From positions 1 through 36,715 of the forward strand of contig JBBCAW010000055.1 of NCBI GenBank assembly GCA_051382295.1: a DNA stretch of 36,715 bases, read 5' to 3'. Below the pieces are notes generated by a model. That model saw nothing but the letters and a program-made list of their open reading frames with translations, did not search any database and was not told the origin of the DNA. This DNA comes from Bdellovibrionota bacterium FG-1. Lineage in GTDB: Bacteria; Bdellovibrionota; UBA1018. Positions 1 through 7,807 of this stretch are shown here, one piece after another. The position numbers were made by a program, and so were the translations under genes. The stretch's first letter is position 1, and each line of letters begins with the position of its first letter.

Positions 1-7
1 GTGACGA

Positions 8-358
8 CTAACCGCCAATCTTAAATTGTCTCTTATTCTCGCAATCCACCAAAAAAACCACGTGTTGAGCAATCAGATCCACTGAGCTTTTCAGCGTAGC
101 CACGTCCGACTTGAGTGTAGCCACGTCAGCCTTAACCGTCCCCAACTCTGTTCTGATGTCACCGACTTCCGAACGCAAAGTCCGAAATTCGTACTGAGTT
201 TCCATCCGAAGCAACGCCAAACTTCCCATCGTTGCGGGAGCATTCGGGTTACCTGACAACAATTCACCTAACAAATCACTATGGCTCATTTCTCTGATAT
301 CCTTCCATTTTACAGGTATTTCAGAGTGAATTTGCAAAAGATGTTCCACTTGCGTCAT
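8..358 (-). CDS. Hypothetical protein with heptad-repeat coiled coil
   Basis: 116-aa ORF whose ATG overlaps the grxD stop (ATGA at 355-358); heptads EFRTLRS-EVGDIRT-ELGTVKA-DVATLKS-DVATLKS-SVDLIAQ. Confidence 0.6.
   Translation of the reverse strand: MTQVEHLLQIHSEIPVKWKDIREMSHSDLLGELLSGNPNAPATMGSLALLRMETQYEFRTLRSEVGDIRTELGTVKADVATLKSDVATLKSSVDLIAQHVVFLVDCENKRQFKIGG
96..127. repeat. Intragenic 21-nt-period direct repeat (gtagccacgtc x2) encoding DVATLKS heptads
   Basis: gtagccacgtc at 96-106 and 117-127. Confidence 0.7.
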
Positions 359-666
359 TTCAGCATTTCTTGAAGTTCGCCCCGCTCAAACATCTCGCAG
401 GTGATATCACAGCCACCGATGAACTGGCCTTTTACAAAAACCTGAGGAACCGTGGGCCACTGCGTAAACTCCTCGAGCGCCTCCCAAAGTGGATCGTCCG
501 AAAGGACGTCAATTCCACGAACATTTTTGACCCCAGCCTCCTTCAAGACTGCGATCGTGCGCGCGGAAAAGCCGCACATCGGAAAGTCCGGAGTGCCCTT
601 CATAAAAACCACGACCTGATCTGAACTGACGATTTCCTGAACTTTTGTGACTAGTGGGTGAGCCAT
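355..666 (-). CDS. grxD: Monothiol glutaredoxin, Grx4 family
   Basis: FMKGTPDFPMCGFS active site, WPTVPQVF and GGCDI motifs; next to bolA. Confidence 0.95.
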   Translation of the reverse strand: MAHPLVTKVQEIVSSDQVVVFMKGTPDFPMCGFSARTIAVLKEAGVKNVRGIDVLSDDPLWEALEEFTQWPTVPQVFVKGQFIGGCDITCEMFERGELQEMLK

Positions 667-669
667 AAA

Positions 670-921
670 TTACCTCGTAAATTTCTCGTATTGCTCGGGT
701 GTAAAGGTCTTCAATGATAAGGCATGGACCTCGTTGGACTCCATCTCAGCCTTAAAAAGACCATAGATCATCCGATGTTGCTCCATCATCATCTTACCGG
801 CGAACGCGGGTGATACCACGACGGCCTGGTAATGATCATAGGTACCCGTCAGGTCCATCACTTCTGCTTGAGTGCCCGGAGCGAGCAGCTCGATTCGTTC
901 CTTAATTTGAGCGGGAGTCAT
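670..921 (-). CDS. bolA: BolA/IbaG family protein
   Basis: DHYQAVVVSPAFAGK..QHRMIY and VHALSLKTFTP motifs; conserved bolA-grxD pairing. Confidence 0.92.
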   Translation of the reverse strand: MTPAQIKERIELLAPGTQAEVMDLTGTYDHYQAVVVSPAFAGKMMMEQHRMIYGLFKAEMESNEVHALSLKTFTPEQYEKFTR

Positions 922-1048
922 ATGGGCAAGCCTTTAACACGAGAAATTAAAGGAGGCATCAATAAATATAACTCATTGTATTTTATTGGAATTTTATATT
1001 TCAGACCCCTTACCATAAGCCATTTTCTCTCTGACCCAACAATATAAC

Positions 1049-1076
1049 GAAAGTTTTTTCCCCGTTCGGTCGAAAA
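1049..1076 (+). promoter_or_regulatory. Possible sigma-28 (FliA)-type promoter of motAB pair 1
   Basis: GAAAGTTT-N12-GTCGAAAA versus consensus TAAAGTTT-N11-GCCGATAA; followed by a GAGGAG RBS and the GTG start at 1100. Confidence 0.35.
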
Positions 1077-1099
1077 GCTACCTAGAGGAGAACACTCCC

Positions 1100-1960
1100 G
1101 TGCTTGTAATCATAGGTAGTATCATTGTTATCATCTCAGTCTTTGGCGGCTTCATTATGGAAGGAGGCAAGCTTCAAGTTCTGATTCAACCAGTCGAATT
1201 AATGATCATCGGTGGAGCGGCACTCGGTTCGCTAGTTACCTCTTCTCCTCTCCCACTCATCAAGCAAATCGTTGCGCAAATTTTAGGGGTCCTCAAAGGA
1301 AAAGACCCCACCAAAGAGGATTATAATGAGTTATTGCTTCTGCTTTTTGAACTGATCAAAACAGCCAAGGGCAATCCACTTTCCCTCGAGCCCCACGTCG
1401 AAAACCCAGAAAACAGCGAAATTTTCAAACGTTATCCCAAGGTTCTCGCCAATCACCATGCGATTCACTTTATTTGCGACACCCTAAAAGTTCAGGTCAG
1501 CTCTCCGATGAACCCCTACGATCTAGAGGACTTAATGAACGTCGATATCGCTACGGCGCATACCGAAGAATTGCGCGCATCGACTACCGTCGGCCGCATC
1601 AGCGACGCCATGCCAGGCTTAGGGATTGTGGCCGCCGTTCTCGGGGTCGTCATCACAATGGGTAAACTTGCGCAAGGTAAGGAAGTCATCGGTCACTCAG
1701 TTGCCGCCGCCCTCGTGGGTACGTTTCTGGGGATCTTGGGTTCTTATGGATTTATGCAACCTCTAGCCGCAAAAATGGAGGCCTCGATTAACGAAACGGG
1801 AGCCTATCTGGAAGTGATTAAAGGAGCGATTCTCGCTTATGCCAAAGATTCATCACCTAAAGTCTGTGTCGAATTTGCGCGACGAACAGTTCCACCGGCC
1901 ATCCGGCCTTCGTTTGCCGAAATCGACCAAGCAACTTCTAACCTCAAAAAGGCGGCCTAA
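1100..1960 (+). CDS. motA: Flagellar-type stator A subunit (E. coli-like MotA), pair 1
   Basis: QPVELMIIGGAALG, SLEPHVENPENSEIFKRYP, DAMPGLGIVAAVLGVVITM, AALVGTFLGIL, CVEFARR; 4 TM helices. Confidence 0.95.
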   Translation: MLVIIGSIIVIISVFGGFIMEGGKLQVLIQPVELMIIGGAALGSLVTSSPLPLIKQIVAQILGVLKGKDPTKEDYNELLLLLFELIKTAKGNPLSLEPHVENPENSEIFKRYPKVLANHHAIHFICDTLKVQVSSPMNPYDLEDLMNVDIATAHTEELRASTTVGRISDAMPGLGIVAAVLGVVITMGKLAQGKEVIGHSVAAALVGTFLGILGSYGFMQPLAAKMEASINETGAYLEVIKGAILAYAKDSSPKVCVEFARRTVPPAIRPSFAEIDQATSNLKKAA

Positions 1961-1986
1961 CCCCGAATTAACTAGGGCGATCAATC

Positions 1987-2706
1987 ATGGCGGATAAAAA
2001 AGCATCCATCATCATCAAAAAGATCAAAAGAGGGGGCCATGCGGCCGCCCACGGTGGGGCCTGGAAAGTTGCCTTCGCCGACTTTATGACTGCGATGATG
2101 TGCTTTTTTTTGGTGATGTGGCTCATGGGCGCTGACGAAGCCACCAAGGCCGCGATTGCCCACTATTTTAATAATCCCTCATCACCTGAGGCCTGGCGCC
2201 CGGATATGCATGACCGAGACGCAATCCCCTTAGGAAATCAAACCGGTGCCGGAGATAGTGTCTTGCGGGGGGCCAACGGCGAAGTGCCCGAAGACCTGGT
2301 TCAGCATCCTCAACCGATTCAAGAACGCAAGCCCGATAGCCAAGGGCCACTCGAATCAGAAGGGACCCTTTCGAGGGACGAAATCGCCTCGGCCGAAGCC
2401 ATCACGTTTTCGATCCCAGAAAAAGACCTCTTCGTGCCAGAAAAACCCGAGCTAACCATGGCCCGCGCTGAAATCGCACTCAAACGGATCCAAAAAGTCG
2501 CTCGAACTTTTAAAGGAAGTTTAGTGATTCGAAGTACCTATGACGACCTCAATAAATCCGATTACGAATTCCAAAATAGTCGGATCATCGAAATCAAAAG
2601 GCACATGGTTGAGGAACGTTGGTTAAGTGAGGACCTCATCAGTAATTCGCTGAGCAAAGGTGACACCAAAAACGGCCGCAATTACGAATTCAATTTCCAG
2701 AAATAG
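1987..2706 (+). CDS. motB: Stator B subunit (MotB), pair 1, with degenerate C-terminal OmpA-like domain
   Basis: HGGAWKVAFADFMTAMMCFFLVMWL TM with the essential Asp, plug region IAHYFNNP; C-terminus lacks GHTD and NWELS motifs. Confidence 0.9.
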   Translation: MADKKASIIIKKIKRGGHAAAHGGAWKVAFADFMTAMMCFFLVMWLMGADEATKAAIAHYFNNPSSPEAWRPDMHDRDAIPLGNQTGAGDSVLRGANGEVPEDLVQHPQPIQERKPDSQGPLESEGTLSRDEIASAEAITFSIPEKDLFVPEKPELTMARAEIALKRIQKVARTFKGSLVIRSTYDDLNKSDYEFQNSRIIEIKRHMVEERWLSEDLISNSLSKGDTKNGRNYEFNFQK

Positions 2707-2728
2707 ACGATCCAATCGCCACCTAGTC

Positions 2729-3601
2729 CTATTGGATAATCTCGATGTTTTTATCGCTCACGTCCTTCAAGTTCTCGGTTACACCACCCGACTTGAATGG
2801 CAGCAGTTGAAATTGGAACGGGCCCAAAAGCATCTTTCCGCCCGAATTCTCAACTTGCCAGATATAGTGATCATTCATCTTAAGGCGCGCCTCTGTAGTT
2901 TTTCGAGAAACTAACTGCGCTTGATGAATAATAGTCTTCGATCCATTTCGAATGACAAAGGTACCCGTCAAGGGATCCGGCCAAGCAAAGGGGATTTTTG
3001 CCTCGCCCCCCTTCAGTAAATAAAAGATCGTGTCTGCCTTGGGATAAACCGACAACTGCGTTACGTCCACCACCGGCGAGGGCCCCGGCAAAACAGGAGC
3101 ATCGGGACCACTCCCCAGGGGAGCATCCCGCGAATTGGACAAATCACTCTCCGGGCTAAAACGCTGATCCGTGCCTGCAACGAGTTTTTCGGAGGGACCT
3201 CCGCCAGAAGCTTTTAAATTCGCCTCGCCACGTAAAACTTCGATCGCTCCCTTTTTAATATCTTCACCCTTACGAGCCAGAAGAATCAAAAACGTCTTTT
3301 CTTGCATTTCTAGACGCGAACCATCACTAAACTCAATCGAGGCGTGCTGCCCAGCCCCTACCCAAATGGCGTCGCGGTGGTAAAGAGGCCCGCCTGTCTC
3401 TACCGGAGAAAATACCACCATTCCCACCCGTTTACGTTCAAGTCCACCAGAACGCACTTTTGCAATCGCTACTCCGACTCTTCCGCCCCCGACGTCGAGC
3501 GTGATTGCATTATCGGCAAACTGGTAAAAACACAAAAACGAGAGAAATCCAAAAAACAGGTTCGAGATAAAAGAAAATAATTTGCGCTTCTTTTCATTCA
3601 T
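2729..3601 (-). CDS. Membrane-anchored FecR-like domain protein
   Basis: N-terminal TM then LYHRDAIWVGAGQHASIEFSDGSRLEMQEKT (FecR-like pattern); Pro-rich linker; beta-rich C-terminus; ATGA overlap with the phosphatase gene. Confidence 0.65.
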   Translation of the reverse strand: MNEKKRKLFSFISNLFFGFLSFLCFYQFADNAITLDVGGGRVGVAIAKVRSGGLERKRVGMVVFSPVETGGPLYHRDAIWVGAGQHASIEFSDGSRLEMQEKTFLILLARKGEDIKKGAIEVLRGEANLKASGGGPSEKLVAGTDQRFSPESDLSNSRDAPLGSGPDAPVLPGPSPVVDVTQLSVYPKADTIFYLLKGGEAKIPFAWPDPLTGTFVIRNGSKTIIHQAQLVSRKTTEARLKMNDHYIWQVENSGGKMLLGPFQFQLLPFKSGGVTENLKDVSDKNIEIIQ

Positions 3602-5412
3602 TGCATTGCTCTCGAACAGAGTACAACCGTGACATCATCCTCGGCAGGCATCCCGACCGTGAGAAGGGCCCGCTCTGAAAGTACCTTTTCAAGCAACAGA
3701 CGACTGGAAAGCTGGCTATTCTTGAGCAAAGTCTTGGATAGCCTACGCCGGTCAAAGGAAGGCTGCCCCTCTCTGATCAGTTCGACCAACCCATCGGTAA
3801 AAAGAAAAAGTTGATCACCGTTTCTCCAAGGCCGCGTCACCAGATCCATGAATTCGGCCTTAGGATCGCCCAAAACGGGGCCGGGAGTGGCAATCGCGCT
3901 GACCACGCTCTGGTTAGGCTTGTCTTTGGAGTCCTGAGAACTAGAAATTAAGTAGGGCCAATTATGACCCGCATTCGCCGCAACCAGGGTGTCGGTATTC
4001 GGGTCCAAGACAGCCGCAAAAAAAGACATACTGAGCTCCCCACCAGAGGACTCGACAACGGTTTGATTGAATAACCGCAGAATATTTCTGGGGTCCCTTA
4101 AAATTTCTGGCGAGCTTTCAAGCCATTTTGAAAGGATGCTCGTGCACCCTTGAGTAGCCGCAGTCAAGAGGGCGGAGGAGATCCCATGCCCCGTAACATC
4201 TCCGATCATCACCAAGATAAGAGGCTTGTCGCCGGATTTTGGGGCGGGAACCTCGATATAGCCCCACCAATCCCCCCCGCATCTCGCTGCCATCTGCACA
4301 GAACTATGAAATTCGTGTCCAGCAATACTAATTTTTCTCTCCGGAAAAAACCACTGCTGAACCCGCTGGGCAGTCACGATCTCAGCCTCCATCAAGGCCC
4401 CTTGTTTCGTATCATCGATCAATTGGGAAATCCGATCGGCCATTCGATTAAAGGTCGATTGAACCACGGCGATTTCTTCCTCGCCCGTAACCTCAGCTCG
4501 AAAAGCCAGGTCCCCAGCGCCAAATTTTTCGGCTGAAGCCCGAAGAGCGCTGAGCGGTTCAGAAATTCTGGCTGCAAAAACCTTCCCCAAAACCAGGCAT
4601 AAAAACAGAAAACCGCCCCCGAGCAGGAGCATCTGTTTGACGATAAACTGCACAGGGTTCATGGCCGCCTCTAACAGCCCAAAAGAAAACAGCATTTTGT
4701 CGCCAAGAAGTGGCGCAAAGGCAATCACTTGTTTGGATTGCCCGCTGACCACGCCCGGCCCCCCGGTGGCGAGAGCTTGCTTCAAGTAGCGCTTAATTTC
4801 GGCTTCATTGTTATCTTTGTCAGCGGCATTTTCGAGGTTGCGCCAGATCACCTCACCGTTTTGATCAGTGACATAAAAAGAATTTTTTCCCGTAGACCCG
4901 CCCAGTGAATCCATATCGATCACCAACACCCGCTCTTTTTCTGGAGTTTTAACGAGGGCGGCCAGATAAGGGCCTTGAAACCTCACGGGTTGAGGTAGGA
5001 ACTCTATTTTGGGCGATGCACTCGTTTGGACGGAATGACAGCCAGTTTTGAACGCGGGCGACCAAACCAGACTCAGGGGCGGAAGATCAAGATATTGAAA
5101 AGCCTTGACGAAAAAATCCGAAATCATCACCACTGGATTGCGATGTTCCGCCATCGCCAAACAGGGTTGCTCAACCAGCAGAACGACATCTTTCGAGCGC
5201 ATCACGGTATTGGCATCAAAAATAGCCGAGGAAGCCAGCAAACTCTCGGCCCGATCAACGACTCGAGTCGTATTGTCCAAATCATGTTCATAGACCGCGG
5301 CCAATTTTTCGTTCACATAAAAACGGACAAAAAACCCTGCCGAACCAAGAACGGCGAGAAATACCAGGAGAAAAATAAGGACACTCAGTTTCGTGTGATA
5401 CCTTAAATGCAT
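3598..5412 (-). CDS. Membrane sensor PP2C/SpoIIE-family Ser/Thr phosphatase with HAMP domain
   Basis: TM-periplasmic-TM-HAMP (ISEPLSAL..GDL..EEIAVVQSTFNRM), then GGDWW, GDVTGHG, ANAGH, FTDGLVE, EDDVT. Start likely 5412 or 5460 rather than 5619. Confidence 0.9.
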   Translation of the reverse strand: MHLRYHTKLSVLIFLLVFLAVLGSAGFFVRFYVNEKLAAVYEHDLDNTTRVVDRAESLLASSAIFDANTVMRSKDVVLLVEQPCLAMAEHRNPVVMISDFFVKAFQYLDLPPLSLVWSPAFKTGCHSVQTSASPKIEFLPQPVRFQGPYLAALVKTPEKERVLVIDMDSLGGSTGKNSFYVTDQNGEVIWRNLENAADKDNNEAEIKRYLKQALATGGPGVVSGQSKQVIAFAPLLGDKMLFSFGLLEAAMNPVQFIVKQMLLLGGGFLFLCLVLGKVFAARISEPLSALRASAEKFGAGDLAFRAEVTGEEEIAVVQSTFNRMADRISQLIDDTKQGALMEAEIVTAQRVQQWFFPERKISIAGHEFHSSVQMAARCGGDWWGYIEVPAPKSGDKPLILVMIGDVTGHGISSALLTAATQGCTSILSKWLESSPEILRDPRNILRLFNQTVVESSGGELSMSFFAAVLDPNTDTLVAANAGHNWPYLISSSQDSKDKPNQSVVSAIATPGPVLGDPKAEFMDLVTRPWRNGDQLFLFTDGLVELIREGQPSFDRRRLSKTLLKNSQLSSRLLLEKVLSERALLTVGMPAEDDVTVVLCSRAMQ

Positions 5413-5572
5413 AACCAGAGTACTGGGTGAGAGTTCATTGAGTAAATATTCTATATTCATTTTCGATTTCCGAAACCCGGCAATATTTACCGATACCATG
5501 CCATTAACTGCTTGCCATGCCCCCACATCGACTGGATAATTAAACGAACGAAACAAGGAGAGCGCCCTCACC

Positions 5573-6358
5573 ATGAACATTTCGACGCCACTGGGTTTTA
5601 TTTGTGGAATCGCCGTCATTTACTATGCCGCCAATCACGGGATCAAAAACCCAGATGTCTTTTTCAGCCCTCATGCGGCGATCATCGTCATTGGCGGGAC
5701 GGCAGCCGCCGCCCTCATCTGTTTTCCGCTTTCTCACTTTTTCAACCTCTTTAAGATTTTTATCCGCACCCTTTTCGGCCAAGTGCTCGCTCAGCAAACT
5801 TTGACGATTAATGAAATCGTGAAACTTTCGGAGGTTGTCAATCAAGGACGACCTATTTCCAACGAACTCAGCCGCATCAAAAATCCTTTTCTCAAAGAGT
5901 CTTTGCTGCTCCTGACCCAAGGGGGCCTTACCAACGACGAGCTTGAGGAGATTCTGGAAAAACGGGTAGAGCTGCAAAACGAGAAGTACAAAAGAGAGGG
6001 CTTCACCTTTAAAATTATCGGAAAATTTCCACCCGCCTTCGGGCTGGTCGGCACCACCCTGGGTATGATCGTGCTGTTGCAAGGAATTGGATCGCCCGAC
6101 GCCTTTGATCATATTGGGCCCTCGATGTCCATCGCCTTAGTAGCGACCTTTTACGGCTTGGTTTTTGCGAACGTTTTTCTCATCCCGATGGGCGAAAATC
6201 TCACCCGCGCGTCCGAAGACGATCTCATTATGCGACGAATCGTCGTGGATGGAGTCCGGCTTTTGCGCGAACAAAAACACCCACTATTAGTGGAAGAGTA
6301 TTTAAAAAGCTACTTAGCTCCCGCCGAACGCACTAAAATGAAAAAGGCCTCCGTGTGA
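5573..6358 (+). CDS. motA: Stator A subunit (MotA/PomA/MotP-like), pair 2
   Basis: IIVIGGT, KFPPAFGLVGTTLGMI, IGPSMSIALVATFYGLVFAN..P; AAGGAG RBS. Confidence 0.9.
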   Translation: MNISTPLGFICGIAVIYYAANHGIKNPDVFFSPHAAIIVIGGTAAAALICFPLSHFFNLFKIFIRTLFGQVLAQQTLTINEIVKLSEVVNQGRPISNELSRIKNPFLKESLLLLTQGGLTNDELEEILEKRVELQNEKYKREGFTFKIIGKFPPAFGLVGTTLGMIVLLQGIGSPDAFDHIGPSMSIALVATFYGLVFANVFLIPMGENLTRASEDDLIMRRIVVDGVRLLREQKHPLLVEEYLKSYLAPAERTKMKKASV

Positions 6359-7203
6359 CCACTGGAAGAGTCGAGACTAAACCGGGCATGATACCCCCTG
6401 GGCCGCCCAAAGGCCCCCCCAAGGCGCCTCCTCAAACCTCTGCCCTGGCATCTGGAACGCGACGGAAGCGCTCCCGAGGATACAAGCCGGAACGCGTCGT
6501 TGTCCACGATGACGGAGATGGTAATTGGCTGGTTTCGTATGCTGATATGATGACCCTGCTGTTTGCCTTTTTCGTCATCATTGCGGCGTTTTCGACACCT
6601 GATGCCTCAAAACTTGAAAAACTCAAGGAATCCACAAGTAAATCGATGGGCGTCGATTACGTGAGGCCCTTTACCGATCTCTCAAACAATCTTAAAACCG
6701 TTCTTAGTCAAAGTGATGTTGGCAAGGAGGTCTCCGTTTCCGACACCTCTGATGGATTAGTCATCAGCGCCAGTGGCACTTTGTTTTTTGAATCGGGCTC
6801 GGTGGACCTGACCCCCGGAGCCGCAGTTCTGATCGATCACATCACTGACGTCTTGATCGCGAACGCAAAATCGTTTCGCATTTTTGTCGAAGGACACACG
6901 GACGATACCCCCATGCACTCAGAACACTATCCGAGCAATTGGGAGCTCTCCTCGGCCCGTGCGGGCACCGTAGTCCGTCGTCTCGAAGGCAAAGGTTTTC
7001 CTCACTCGATGCTCCGTCCACTGGGCCTAGCTGATGCAGAACCTCTTCTCCCCAACCGGGATGATTCTGGACAGGTTATCACTGAAAATCAGGCAAAAAA
7101 TCGGAGAATTGTGATTAGAATTCAGAAACAACTTCCCGATCGAATGAAAAAATTAAACCCGCCTCCGTCACGCTCTAAAACCCCAACACCAACCCCGCTA
7201 TGA
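6355..7203 (+). CDS. motB: Stator B subunit (MotB, OmpA-like peptidoglycan-binding domain), pair 2
   Basis: WLVSYADMMTLLFAFF, FFESGS, VEGHTDD, YPSNWELSSARA, KNRRI; GTGA overlap with motA2. Confidence 0.93.
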   Translation: MTTGRVETKPGMIPPGPPKGPPKAPPQTSALASGTRRKRSRGYKPERVVVHDDGDGNWLVSYADMMTLLFAFFVIIAAFSTPDASKLEKLKESTSKSMGVDYVRPFTDLSNNLKTVLSQSDVGKEVSVSDTSDGLVISASGTLFFESGSVDLTPGAAVLIDHITDVLIANAKSFRIFVEGHTDDTPMHSEHYPSNWELSSARAGTVVRRLEGKGFPHSMLRPLGLADAEPLLPNRDDSGQVITENQAKNRRIVIRIQKQLPDRMKKLNPPPSRSKTPTPTPL

Positions 7204-7807
7204 CATGAATCGGGGTAAAGGTCGTCTTACCGCTCGTCAACCATTCACCACCCACCCCGCCCGTCAGTGATATCAAATGCCCAATAGGGTATTCGTAAGA
7301 CAGCACGCCCCCCATCCCACTAAAGGGCAAAACCGTCACTGAACTATTAAACAGAAACTGCGAGGCCGAAAGCTGGAACCGAAAACCGCCCGAATTCTCA
7401 CTCTCTGCCGAGTAAACTTCGGCACCGCTCATGGATATAATTTCAGATTTCTGCACTAACGATCCGGTCAAAGCAAAAACGAAGCGAAGTTCAATGGCGG
7501 TGTAAATCGGCCACAACCCCGCACTCACATAAAAAGCCTGACTAAGTCTCGCGCCAAAGCCAAAACGATCCCAATACCCATAACTCACACCTAAACCGAG
7601 AGCGGTACCATTGATGGTTTTTCCCGCATTCGAAAAGGTGATGTATTCGGGGGTCACCGCCAAACTCACCCGATGACTCTCCTCGCGGGTAGCGATTTGC
7701 ATACTATCCTCAGCCAGAGCCTCGACGGTTCCGCTCCCTCCCATCACCCCGAACAGAAAAAGAAAGGCCCCGACATTCCTCATTTTATGCAGCCTTGGTT
7801 CCATCAC
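7175..7807 (-). CDS. Putative small outer-membrane beta-barrel protein
   Basis: Signal peptide (..VEALA), amphipathic Gly/aromatic strands, C-terminal IHVIAGLVLGF ending in Phe; exact start Met uncertain. Confidence 0.65.
   Translation of the reverse strand: MMEPRLHKMRNVGAFLFLFGVMGGSGTVEALAEDSMQIATREESHRVSLAVTPEYITFSNAGKTINGTALGLGVSYGYWDRFGFGARLSQAFYVSAGLWPIYTAIELRFVFALTGSLVQKSEIISMSGAEVYSAESENSGGFRFQLSASQFLFNSSVTVLPFSGMGGVLSYEYPIGHLISLTGGVGGEWLTSGKTTFTPIHVIAGLVLGF

Noticed and set aside
5413..6112. Phosphatase extension to 5619 and the 5540-6112 minus-strand ORF
   Set aside because: Both overlap motA2, which has a good RBS; the first TM of the phosphatase begins just after Met 5412
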